Shown here piece by piece: positions 1-8,315 of a stretch of 32,000 bases of DNA. The translations under genes and the position numbers were made by a program. The stretch's first letter is position 1, and every line of letters begins with the position of its first letter. Source of the stretch: Pirellula staleyi DSM 6068 (GTDB lineage Bacteria; Planctomycetota; Planctomycetia; Pirellulales; Pirellulaceae); contig CP001848.1 of assembly GCA_000025185.1 (NCBI GenBank), positions 5,670,001 through 5,702,000 of the forward strand, read 5' to 3'. Under the pieces are notes generated by a model. It had not been told where the DNA came from. It saw only the letters and a program-made list of their open reading frames with translations, and ran no database searches.

Positions 1-11
1 TCTTAGCAGGC

Positions 12-632
12 GTGCTGTGGTCGAAGGGATTTCTGACCGGCGATCGGATGACAGCTGCAATGGCTGCGTTCTACGGGATTCAGCCGAAAACGACGGCTGA
101 AACGTCGACTTCGGCTACCGATGTAACAGAGCAACCTGCGCTCGATGATCTTTCGAGCAAACGTGTGTTGGCAAGTCTCGATCTCGATTTGCGAGAGAAC
201 GCGATTGATAAGTCGCTCGGAGATCTGCGTGCTCTGCAAACGCAAATCAAAACCGAGCGCGAACGACTCGATCAGTGGAAGATGTCGTTCGATCAAAGGC
301 TCGCGACGCTTGAAACAGCGACTACTGACAGTGCCCTCGCCGAGGTGCAACGTACGCTCGAGAGTATGCAGCCGAAACAAGCGAAAGAGCAGATTTTGAA
401 GATGCTCGAAGCATCGCCGCGCGGTGCCAACGACAAGCCGATGCGCGACATTGTGACGATCATCAAAGCCTTGCCGCTCGATCGTCGCAAGAAGATTCTG
501 CTCGAGTTCAAAACTCCTGATGAAGCAGAAAAACTAGCGGAAATCCTGCGGGAGATTCGACTCGGAACACCCGATATCGATGTTATTCGCGACAGTCGAA
601 ACCAACTGCAGCAAACACCTTCCAATCGATAG
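12..632 (+). CDS. flagellar-cluster coiled-coil protein, YlxF/FlbB-like (C-terminus resembles the MgtE intracellular N-domain); possibly 5' partial
   Basis: 206-aa ORF ending 11 nt before the fliK ATG, the slot held by ylxF/flbB in Bacillus and Borrelia fla operons. Has a heptad-like segment LGDLRALQTQIKTERERLDQWKMSFDQRLATLE and a helical C-terminus KQAKEQILKML...IVTIIKALPLDRRKKILLEF...EAEKLAEILREI. The listed start is GTG at 12 and there is an in-frame ATG at 48. The frame has no stop back to position 3, so the true start may lie outside the window. Confidence 0.5.
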   Translation: MLWSKGFLTGDRMTAAMAAFYGIQPKTTAETSTSATDVTEQPALDDLSSKRVLASLDLDLRENAIDKSLGDLRALQTQIKTERERLDQWKMSFDQRLATLETATTDSALAEVQRTLESMQPKQAKEQILKMLEASPRGANDKPMRDIVTIIKALPLDRRKKILLEFKTPDEAEKLAEILREIRLGTPDIDVIRDSRNQLQQTPSNR

Positions 633-643
633 CGAGCACTGCG

Positions 644-2386
644 ATGCCAATCTCGGCAACCGATAATACGAAGTCCAAGCAGATGCTCGATCTGCTTCTA
701 AGTATTCCTACGAAATCGTCGTCAGCCGATGCCGCGACTGACGAATCGTTTGCTGAGCTGCTTGCGCCACCTGCGAGTGCTTCTTCGTCAAAACCACGGG
801 AATCAGCGGCAGCTACATCACCGCGCGAGAAACTCTCTGCCGAGCCTGCTAAGCGAAGTCGGCGTCCCGATGAGGTGCCACCTGCCAGCAGCAGTGAAAC
901 TCCATCGTCGGTAGCGGCTCCAGCATCAGATGCCACGAGTGAAGCAGCTGCCGATACAACGAGCATTGCATCAATTGAAGACTCAGCAGCTGAGCCGGCG
1001 TTAACGGAAGAAGCGTTGTCGGCGGAGGCAGAGCGCGCTGCAGCCGAAGCTGCTGCGGTCGCCCTGTTGGCAAGTACCTACGTTGTGTCGCCAGAGAGTC
1101 TATCGCCTGCAGAAAATGGTGATGCCGAGCTTCTGCCAACGGATGTGGTAGATGTTGATGCCGTGACACTCGGCGATGTATCGAAAAATCTTTGGAACCA
1201 GGCCACCACAGCCGATGTGGTAGCTGCGGAGTTGCCTGAAAGTGCGGACGTTGACGTAGCAGCAACTTCGCTCGATGCGATTGCGAGTGCATCAGAGGCT
1301 GTCGCAAGTGACACCGAAACATCGGTGACGACGCTCAACAATGCTGAGTCGACTATCTCCGAGGAACTGTCGGCCACGATCTCGGTGGAAACTGTGGGTG
1401 AAACTCAGGAAGCCCCCACAGCCGCTGAAATTGCCGTAGAAACAGCTTCCGCTGAACAGACTTCAGCGGATGACACGGAAGTAGCAAAGCAACTTGATCG
1501 CGATGGAACAAACGAAATAGAGTCCTCCATCACGAGCAGCAGTGTTGGTGAGACATCAGCGAGCATCGAGGCCACCACAACGACCGATGGTTCCACGAGC
1601 GATCGTGGAAGTGAGTCGTCCGACGATAGTTCCTCGAGCGAAAGAGCGACTTCTGCGACAAGCGACGAACTCAGCGCGAGTGAAATACTAACGTCGCTAA
1701 CAGGAAACAGTGCTACGACATCGGAGACGCCGGCCATCCCAGCGACAGTGCCAAGCGGCGCAGAGGCTGCCGCAGCGGCCGCTGCAAGTGGAAGCGCCGG
1801 TCGCACATCAAGCGTCAATGTCAGCGGAAGCACGAGTGGCAACAGCGCGAGCGCACAACCACTGCAAGCTCCTCCAGCGAAGTTGCCCGCTCAGGCCCTC
1901 ACTGCTGGGACGGCAAAGCAACCAGCGGCCGCGAGCACTCCCGTCGAAATCGATCCTGCAAAGTTCCTCAGCCGCGTGACGAAGGCGTTTGCAACGGCTC
2001 GCGAGCGTGGTGGACCAGTCCAGTTGCGGCTGAATCCACCGGAGCTCGGGGCTCTCAAGATTGAAGTGCAAGTTCAAGATGGGAGTATGACCGCGCGGCT
2101 CGAAGCAGAGACCTCAGCGGCCCGCGCGGCAATCCTCGAAAACCTGCCGCAGCTTCGCGAACGACTGGCCGAGCAAGGGATTCGAATCGATCGCTTCGAC
2201 GTCGAACTCCTCCCCGATCAATCGCAACAAAATCTGGCGAATCATCAGGGAAATTCGACCCCCGAACAGAATTCGACGGACGCAGGCAGAACAGCCACTC
2301 GCATCAAAAACGACGTAAATCCTGGTAGTATCGACAGTTCAGTTCCATCGGTGGTGGCCAATGATCGACTGAACGTAGTGGTTTAA
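644..2386 (+). CDS. fliK: flagellar hook-length control protein FliK
   Basis: 580 aa. C-terminal Flg_hook-type domain: VQLRLNPPELGALKIEVQVQDGSMTARLEAETSAARAAILENLPQLRERLAEQGIRIDRFDVELL. It is preceded by a long acidic S/T/A/E/D-rich low-complexity region. Lies between the ylxF-like gene and flgD. Confidence 0.85.
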   Translation: MPISATDNTKSKQMLDLLLSIPTKSSSADAATDESFAELLAPPASASSSKPRESAAATSPREKLSAEPAKRSRRPDEVPPASSSETPSSVAAPASDATSEAAADTTSIASIEDSAAEPALTEEALSAEAERAAAEAAAVALLASTYVVSPESLSPAENGDAELLPTDVVDVDAVTLGDVSKNLWNQATTADVVAAELPESADVDVAATSLDAIASASEAVASDTETSVTTLNNAESTISEELSATISVETVGETQEAPTAAEIAVETASAEQTSADDTEVAKQLDRDGTNEIESSITSSSVGETSASIEATTTTDGSTSDRGSESSDDSSSSERATSATSDELSASEILTSLTGNSATTSETPAIPATVPSGAEAAAAAAASGSAGRTSSVNVSGSTSGNSASAQPLQAPPAKLPAQALTAGTAKQPAAASTPVEIDPAKFLSRVTKAFATARERGGPVQLRLNPPELGALKIEVQVQDGSMTARLEAETSAARAAILENLPQLRERLAEQGIRIDRFDVELLPDQSQQNLANHQGNSTPEQNSTDAGRTATRIKNDVNPGSIDSSVPSVVANDRLNVVV

Positions 2387-2486
2387 CTCGCCAATACTTT
2401 CTTCGTAATTGATGTACACATCGTTACGATTAACTTAGCAAATACTCAAAACTTACTAAGCACATACTTACGACTTTAGGTGACCT
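2387..2486 (+). promoter_or_regulatory. AT-rich spacer upstream of flgD (candidate internal promoter or operator region)
   Basis: 100-bp spacer that is visibly AT-rich compared with the flanking coding DNA. Contains reiterated short words (aatact x2, acttac/acttag x3, ttacga x2). An AGGTGA Shine-Dalgarno sits just before the flgD ATG. No recognisable sigma-28 or sigma-54 consensus. Confidence 0.3.
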
Positions 2487-2924
2487 ATGTCGAGCGTAGC
2501 AGGAACAGGATCGACAAGCGGAGCTGGCGCGACGACCAATTCGGACAAGCCTAAATCGCTTGAGGACCTCGGCATTGACGAGTTTCTGCAGCTCATGATC
2601 ACGGAGCTGACGAATCAAGATCCACTGAATCCTATGGACAACGCACAGATGGTCGAGCAGATCGGCCAGATTCGCGAAATTGCCTCGAACGACAAGTTGT
2701 CGCGGACACTCGATTCGGTTCTCACCGGCCAAAGCCTCACGACAGCCAGCGGGCTGATTGGCCGAGAAGTGACAGCCCTCGATCTCAACAATGAGAACGT
2801 GGAAGGGATTGTGGATCGGGTCTCGATTGAAGTCGACGAGGATGACGCGACCAAACGAACTTACAAAGTGCACATCGGCGACAAAGAAATCGACCTGAAG
2901 AACATTCGCGAGATCAAGGAATAG
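2487..2924 (+). CDS. flgD: flagellar hook assembly (capping) protein FlgD
   Basis: 145 aa. N-terminal FlgD signature LGIDEFLQLMITELTNQDPLNPMDNAQMVEQIGQIREI. AGGTGA ribosome-binding site. Sits immediately before flgE. Confidence 0.85.
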   Translation: MSSVAGTGSTSGAGATTNSDKPKSLEDLGIDEFLQLMITELTNQDPLNPMDNAQMVEQIGQIREIASNDKLSRTLDSVLTGQSLTTASGLIGREVTALDLNNENVEGIVDRVSIEVDEDDATKRTYKVHIGDKEIDLKNIREIKE

Positions 2925-2928
2925 CAGG

Positions 2929-2968
2929 ACGCGCGCAAAAGCGCAATAAGTTGCGCTTTTGCGCGCGT
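2929..2968 (+). promoter_or_regulatory. perfect 17-bp stem / 6-nt loop hairpin between flgD and flgE (attenuator, RNA-stability or processing element)
   Basis: acgcgcgcaaaagcgca (2929-2945), loop ataagt (2946-2951), tgcgcttttgcgcgcgt (2952-2968). The arms are exact reverse complements. The hairpin starts 5 nt after the flgD stop and is followed only by a short tt-gaa tail, so it is not a textbook intrinsic terminator. Confidence 0.5.
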
Positions 2969-3094
2969 TTGAATACGAGATGAAACAGTTTTGAATTGGA
3001 CTTAGGCAGGTCGCTCGGCTGTTCCCGCCAACAGCTATCGCACCAGCCTTTCACCTGAACGATCACACTCACCTTCCCTCGGGAGGATTTTGAC

Positions 3095-5542
3095 ATGGGT
3101 TTAGCATCCGCACTTACGACCGCTCTCACTGGCATGACCGCTGCGGAAACGCAGATCGACGTGGTGGGCAACAACCTCGCCAACTCGCAAACTGTCGGCT
3201 TCAAAGCGAGCGACAGTGTGTTCGCCACGCAGTTCCTTCAGACTCAAAGTCTTGGTAGCGGGCCGACATCGGGAAGTGGTGGTACGAATCCTCGTCAAAC
3301 CGGTCTCGGTACACGCGTTGCCGAAATCACACCCGACTTCACCCAAGGAACCATCGAAGTAAGCTCGAATCCTTCGGATCTAGCGATCCAAGGAGAGGGT
3401 TTCTTCATTGTGCAAGACTCGCAAGGTGAGCAGGTTTACACGCGTAACGGCCAATTCAAAACCAACTCCGACAACGAACTCGTCACCACCACAGGCCAGC
3501 GTGTGCTTGGTTTTGGTGTCGACCAAGATTTCGAAATCCAAACGACCGAACTTGTTCCGCTCGAGATTCCGCTCGGTTCGGCTGCCGTGGCTCAGGCGAC
3601 GCAAAACGTCTATCTGCAAGGCGTTCTTTCACCTTCGGGCGATGTTGCCGACACTGCGGCGGTGATTCAAAGTGCCACGCTCGGCGACGCGCTGATTCCG
3701 CGTCCCGATGTCGATGCGTCGACCGCAGCCGTCGCTGCCATTCCATCGTCGGCTGGCACCACCTCCACCCATACTCAAGGGGCTGGCGGCACGCATGCGG
3801 AAGGTGCTGTCTATCGTTATCGCATCACTTACGTCGACGACAGCGGTACAGAATCGCTGGCTTCGAGCGAAATTCTCGTCTCGGTTCCTGCTGGCGACAC
3901 ACTGGCCAACAACTCGATCACGCTCAACAATCTGCCCGCTGCCACTGGCAGCTATTCGCAAGTAAACATCTATCGCACCGCGAGTGGTGGTAGCGATTTC
4001 TTTCTGCTTGATACAGCAGCGGCTGGTGGCAGCTATGTCGACGACAACAGTGTCGCGCTCAGCGCCACGGAACTCGATAACTCGACGATCAACGGCAACT
4101 ACAGCTACGTGGTGACCTACTATCGCGCTGGTGAAGAAGAGAGCCGTCCGTCGCTGATTCTCGGTCCTCAGAACGTGGTGAATGGTCGTGTGCAGCTAAC
4201 CGACTTGCCCCTTCCCCCGTCTGGTCCCGGCATCCCGGCCTACGACACCGTTCGCATCTATCGCAACTTGGCGGGGGACTCGACGTCGTTCTATCTCGTG
4301 GGAGAAGTGGCTCCCGGCGAAGAGTTCACCGACAACCGCGCTGATGCCGAGATCTCCGACCTCTCGATCCTCACCAACAAGTCGATCGATCTCGATGGCC
4401 CGAAAATCGACTCGAACACGCTGCTCATCAACGTGATCAAGCGCGACGGTCTCGACTTTCAAAATGTGTTTGAAGTCGGCACGCTGTCGTTCACGGCCCG
4501 CAAAGGTGATCGCTCGCTGGCTGCAAAAGACTTCACCATCACGGCCACCTCGACCGTGCAAGATCTCGTCGACTTTATGTCCGACGCGATGGGCATTCAA
4601 ACCTCAATCGACGATCCACAGCATCCGATTCCTGGTTCGGTGAACAATATAGCTGGCGAAACGCTGACACTCGCCCCCGGCATCACGATTCAGGATGGTC
4701 AAATCCGCGTCGTTTCGAACAACGGTGCCGACAACGCGATCAGCGTCGACTTGTCAGCGTTCCGCATCACCGCGCCCGATGGTGAAGTCCTCACACCCAA
4801 CCTCGGTTTCGGCAAGATTCAAGATGCGTCGGGCCAAAGCGCTGTCGCCGACTTCCTGGTCTACGACACGCTCGGCATTCCGCTCAACGTTCGTATCACA
4901 GCGGTTCTCGAAGAAGTGACCGACTCGGCAACGACCTATCGCTGGTTTGCTGATTCGTCGAGCAACAGCCCACTCGATGGTGCCGACATTTCGGTCGGTA
5001 CAGGGCTCGTGACATTCGATGGCCAAGGCAACCTGGTGAGCGTGACGAACGATCGCGTTTCGGTCGAACGACGCAACATTCCTTCGAGCGATCCACTCGA
5101 GTTTCGAATCGATTTCTCGCAAGTCTCGGGGCTCTCGACCGAAACCAGTTCGCTGGCAGCGTCGCGCCAAGACGGTTCGTCGGCTGGTACGCTCACCAGC
5201 TACATCATCGGCGAAGATGGTGTGATTCGGGGTGTGTTCAGCAACGGTGTGTCGCGAGATCTGGGACAGGTCCGTCTCGCACGTTTCGCAAACCCTGCCG
5301 GTCTCGAGCAACGTGGTCAGAACCTGTTTGCCCAAGGTGTGAACTCGGGACTTCCTGTCGAAGGAAATCCTGGCAACGACGGCATGGGCTCGATCATCTC
5401 GGGTGCCGTCGAGCTTTCGAACACCGACATCGGTAAGAACCTCATCGATCTGGTGCTCGCAACCACACAGTACCGAGGCAATGCACGAGTGATCACCGCC
5501 GCACAAGAGTTGCTCGATGAGCTACTTAACCTCCGTCGCTAG
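3095..5542 (+). CDS. flgE: flagellar hook protein FlgE (unusually long, 815 aa)
   Basis: N-terminus MGLASALTTALTGMTAAETQIDVVGNNLANSQTVGFKAS is the rod/hook N-terminal motif. C-terminus VELSNTDIGKNLIDLVLATTQYRGNARVITAAQELLDELLNL is the hook D0 C-helix. GGGAGGA Shine-Dalgarno upstream of the ATG. Confidence 0.95.
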   Translation: MGLASALTTALTGMTAAETQIDVVGNNLANSQTVGFKASDSVFATQFLQTQSLGSGPTSGSGGTNPRQTGLGTRVAEITPDFTQGTIEVSSNPSDLAIQGEGFFIVQDSQGEQVYTRNGQFKTNSDNELVTTTGQRVLGFGVDQDFEIQTTELVPLEIPLGSAAVAQATQNVYLQGVLSPSGDVADTAAVIQSATLGDALIPRPDVDASTAAVAAIPSSAGTTSTHTQGAGGTHAEGAVYRYRITYVDDSGTESLASSEILVSVPAGDTLANNSITLNNLPAATGSYSQVNIYRTASGGSDFFLLDTAAAGGSYVDDNSVALSATELDNSTINGNYSYVVTYYRAGEEESRPSLILGPQNVVNGRVQLTDLPLPPSGPGIPAYDTVRIYRNLAGDSTSFYLVGEVAPGEEFTDNRADAEISDLSILTNKSIDLDGPKIDSNTLLINVIKRDGLDFQNVFEVGTLSFTARKGDRSLAAKDFTITATSTVQDLVDFMSDAMGIQTSIDDPQHPIPGSVNNIAGETLTLAPGITIQDGQIRVVSNNGADNAISVDLSAFRITAPDGEVLTPNLGFGKIQDASGQSAVADFLVYDTLGIPLNVRITAVLEEVTDSATTYRWFADSSSNSPLDGADISVGTGLVTFDGQGNLVSVTNDRVSVERRNIPSSDPLEFRIDFSQVSGLSTETSSLAASRQDGSSAGTLTSYIIGEDGVIRGVFSNGVSRDLGQVRLARFANPAGLEQRGQNLFAQGVNSGLPVEGNPGNDGMGSIISGAVELSNTDIGKNLIDLVLATTQYRGNARVITAAQELLDELLNLRR

Positions 5543-5576
5543 TCATCGCGGCTGACGGGTCGTAACGATTAAACCA

Positions 5577-5607
5577 GCCGTGCGGTTCGAACCAAAGAAC
5601 CGGCGGC
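5577..5607 (+). promoter_or_regulatory. interrupted stem-loop after flgE
   Basis: gccg-tg-cggttc [gaaccaaa] gaaccg-g-cggc gives 10 bp of pairing with a small internal loop, 35 nt after the flgE stop. There is no U-tract, so the function is unknown. Confidence 0.25.
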
Positions 5608-5733
5608 CAGTACTTATGGTTGATTCCCATCCCCTAGCAGTTTCAGTGACCTACGTTTCCGCATCCGATTCCTACGAGCAAGTGAGATTGCTCCGGAATC
5701 AGTTGTTTTTGTTAGTGATGGAGAGTGACGCCG

Positions 5734-5967
5734 GTGATCAAGCTCACGCGACTCGACGGTGAACGGTTCGTGCTGAATGCCGAACTGATTCGCTACGTGG
5801 AATCGCGGCCTGATACCTTCGTGACCCTCACCAGTGGCGAACGGATGGTGGTTCGCGAGTCGATGGACGAGGTGATGAGCCTCGCCATCCAGTATCAGCA
5901 GAGCAAGTTTCTGATTCCGCTCCCCGCAGGCGCCGGATCATCGCGACAAGCATCGTCGGCGAAATAG
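5734..5967 (+). CDS. flbD: flagellar protein FlbD
   Basis: GTG at 5734 is preceded by GGAGAG (5720-5725). The product (M)IKLTRLDGERFVLNAELIRYVESRPDTFVTLTSGERMVVRESMDEVM matches the FlbD family pattern (MIxLTRLNG...PDT.ITL.nG....V.ES.dEV). It lies directly upstream of motA, as in Borrelia. The ORF-track start at 5725 is an alternative GTG. Confidence 0.85.
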   Translation: MIKLTRLDGERFVLNAELIRYVESRPDTFVTLTSGERMVVRESMDEVMSLAIQYQQSKFLIPLPAGAGSSRQASSAK

Positions 5968-5994
5968 TCGCGCGAGGAGTAAGGAAGCACACTT

Positions 5995-6774
5995 ATGGAT
6001 ATCGCAACAATACTTGGGTTGATTATTGCCTTCGCCATGATGGGCGCCTCGGTCATCATGGGTGGTGGTAGCTTCGCCTCGTTCTGGGACACCGCCTCGG
6101 TGCTGATGGTTTTCGGTGGTTCACTTGGCACCGTCATGGTCTGTTTTCCCATGAAAGTGATCTTGAAACTACCGAAAGTAATGATCAAGAGCGCGCTCAA
6201 TAAACCGCCCGATGTAAGTGCGTTGATCTCACAAATTGTCAGTTTGGCTGAAACTGCCAGACGTGATGGGCTTCTCGCGCTGGAGGCTCGCATCGGCGAG
6301 ATTCAGCATCCACTGATTAAGCTCGGCATTCAAATGTCGGTCGACGGAAGTCGTCCCGAAGCGATTGAAGAAGTGATGCGCACCGAAGTTGAATCCCTTT
6401 CACTACGCCACAAAGAAGGCAAAGGGATGCTAGATCAAATCGGCCGTTTCGCACCAGCTATGGGTATGATTGGGACGCTACTGGGGCTCATCATCATGCT
6501 CGGTAACATGAGCGATCCCTCGGCGATCGGTGGTGGTATGGCGGTGGCACTTATCACGACACTTTACGGTGCAGTGATTTCGAACGGATCGATCCTTCCG
6601 ATGGCCGAAAAACTGGCCTACGTGACGAAACAAGAGATTATCGCCAGCGAAATCATCATTCGTGGCATCATGGCCCTGCAGTCCGGCGAGAACCCGCGAC
6701 TGATCGAGCAAAAGCTCAACACGTTCCTCCCTCCTGCTGTCCGTAAAGCAAAAGAAGCGAAGGAGGGTAAATAG
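5995..6774 (+). CDS. motA: flagellar stator protein MotA
   Basis: 259 aa polytopic membrane protein. MotA/TolQ/ExbB-type C-terminal half: GRFAPAMGMIGTLLGLIIMLGN...AVALITTLYGAVISNGSILPMAEKL. GGAGTAAGGAAG upstream of the ATG. Confidence 0.9.
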   Translation: MDIATILGLIIAFAMMGASVIMGGGSFASFWDTASVLMVFGGSLGTVMVCFPMKVILKLPKVMIKSALNKPPDVSALISQIVSLAETARRDGLLALEARIGEIQHPLIKLGIQMSVDGSRPEAIEEVMRTEVESLSLRHKEGKGMLDQIGRFAPAMGMIGTLLGLIIMLGNMSDPSAIGGGMAVALITTLYGAVISNGSILPMAEKLAYVTKQEIIASEIIIRGIMALQSGENPRLIEQKLNTFLPPAVRKAKEAKEGK

Positions 6775-6776
6775 CG

Positions 6777-7562
6777 ATGGCCATTGAAGAAGATCCACCA
6801 GCAGGCATTCCCGAATGGGTCGTGACGTTTGGCGACATGATGTCGCTGCTCCTCACGTTCTTCATTCTGCTTGCTTCGATGAGCGAGATTAAGCAGAACG
6901 ATAAGTTCCAAGGTGTCGCCGACTCGATGCACGAGCAGTTTGGCTACGATAGCTCTATGTCTCACGTTCCCGGCGAGATGTCGCCACGCAACTCCAGCAT
7001 GGCAGCCATGGCGCTCACCGGCCGGGCGAAGCGCGCCAAGGTGGTGCAAGGTGGTGTGAAGTCGAAAGGGACGACGGGCGAGAACCAACACGTTCGCATC
7101 GTACGACCTGGCGATCGAACCACGATTGGCACCGTGGTCTATTTTTCCGAAGACTCGGCCACTCTCTCGGAAGATGCCGAGGTCGATCTGCTCGGAGCAG
7201 CAGAAACATTCGCTGGCAAACCCCAAAAGATCGAACTTCGTGGACACACATCGCGCGGCACACCCGCCGCCGATAGCGTTTTCAAAGACAACTGGGAACT
7301 CGCCTACAAACGTTCGCTCGCGGTCATGCATGTCCTGGTCGATCGGATGAAAATCGATCCCAAGCGGATTCGCATCTCGGTCGCTGGCCCGTTCGAACCG
7401 GTTCACACAGGCATCGATCCCGAGAAGCTCAAACAGAATCCCCGCGTCGAAGTGTTCCTGCTCGAGGAACTGGCCGACGATCTCGACGGAACCCCCGACG
7501 ACAAAAAAGAACGCTACGAGTTTGTTCCCCCAGCGACGGAAGCAACCGAAGCGAGCGAGTAG
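6777..7562 (+). CDS. motB: flagellar stator protein MotB
   Basis: ATG 2 nt after the motA stop, with AGGAGGG inside the motA 3' end. N-terminal PEWVVTFGDMMSLLLTFFILL carries the conserved channel Asp next to the TM helix. C-terminal OmpA-like region (LRGHTS...NWELAYKRSLAV). Confidence 0.9.
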   Translation: MAIEEDPPAGIPEWVVTFGDMMSLLLTFFILLASMSEIKQNDKFQGVADSMHEQFGYDSSMSHVPGEMSPRNSSMAAMALTGRAKRAKVVQGGVKSKGTTGENQHVRIVRPGDRTTIGTVVYFSEDSATLSEDAEVDLLGAAETFAGKPQKIELRGHTSRGTPAADSVFKDNWELAYKRSLAVMHVLVDRMKIDPKRIRISVAGPFEPVHTGIDPEKLKQNPRVEVFLLEELADDLDGTPDDKKERYEFVPPATEATEASE

Positions 7563-7725
7563 CAAGTGGCCGCAAGTTGGGCATAATCGCGCCAAAGCGA
7601 TCGAATCCAAACGCCGCATGCACGAAGAAAAAAGCTACGTTTTCCAAAGACGTCTACCTGACGAGTGAGTAGAGACCGCAATGGCCACGGATGGTTAGCG
7701 GCTCCGATAGTGGAGTACGATAACC

Positions 7726-8226
7726 ATGAAGTCGATGCTGGTAATGATTGTGGTGTGCGTGGTCATCTTGACCGAATGCGCTGTGGCCTACGTTTTGATT
7801 CCTAGCCCTGAGGCTCTCGAGGCAGCCGCCACGAAGTCGAGTGAGGAAGCAGAAAAAGCTGCCAGCGATGCTAGCACCACCACCGATGGCACGACCCCAA
7901 CTGCCGCCGAGATGGAGGTTGATCTGGGGAAGTTCAACGTCGTGGTGCATCAGCCCGGCGCAAACCTCACGCTCCGTATCAACTTCCATCTGATTGGCAC
8001 CGTTCCCTCGGAAAAACACGAGGAATTCGGCAAACTGCTGACGCACAATCAGCACCGCTTGCGCGATCAAATCATCTACGAAATCCGTAATTCGGCCATC
8101 GCCGACCTCACCGATCCCGGATTGGGCTTGATCAAACGGCGGATTTTGGCGAAAAGCAACGACCTCCTCGGCGCGCCGATGCTGACCACGGTTGTGTTCA
8201 GCGATTTCTCGTTCATCGAGCAATAG
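7726..8226 (+). CDS. fliL: flagellar basal-body-associated protein FliL
   Basis: 166 aa. Single N-terminal TM (MLVMIVVCVVILTECAVAYVLI), then a FliL-like domain (VDLGKFNVVV...LRINFHLIG...HNQHRLRDQIIYEIRNS). Positioned after motB. Confidence 0.8.
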   Translation: MKSMLVMIVVCVVILTECAVAYVLIPSPEALEAAATKSSEEAEKAASDASTTTDGTTPTAAEMEVDLGKFNVVVHQPGANLTLRINFHLIGTVPSEKHEEFGKLLTHNQHRLRDQIIYEIRNSAIADLTDPGLGLIKRRILAKSNDLLGAPMLTTVVFSDFSFIEQ

Positions 8227-8315
8227 TCGCGGCCGGAGAAGGGAACCTCTCGTCGCGCCTACCAAGGATGTTGTAGAGCGCGCGAGTGACTTGCTCGTGA
8301 TCGGAAGGGACTCCG

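Noticed and set aside
5584-5593. GGTTCGAACC, resembling a tRNA T-arm
   Set aside because: No acceptor, D or anticodon arms can be drawn around it. It is simply the stem-loop in the flgE-flbD spacer.
5580-5762. 60-aa ORF in the flgE-flbD spacer
   Set aside because: It overlaps the flbD start and its Shine-Dalgarno sequence, and it has no motif or ribosome-binding site of its own.
6618-7619. 333-aa minus-strand ORF antisense to motA/motB
   Set aside because: It fully overlaps two well-supported flagellar genes and has an Arg/Gly/Cys-rich composition typical of antisense frames in GC-rich DNA. The equal length (333 aa) with the ORFs at 14675-15676 and 19015-20016 is coincidental.
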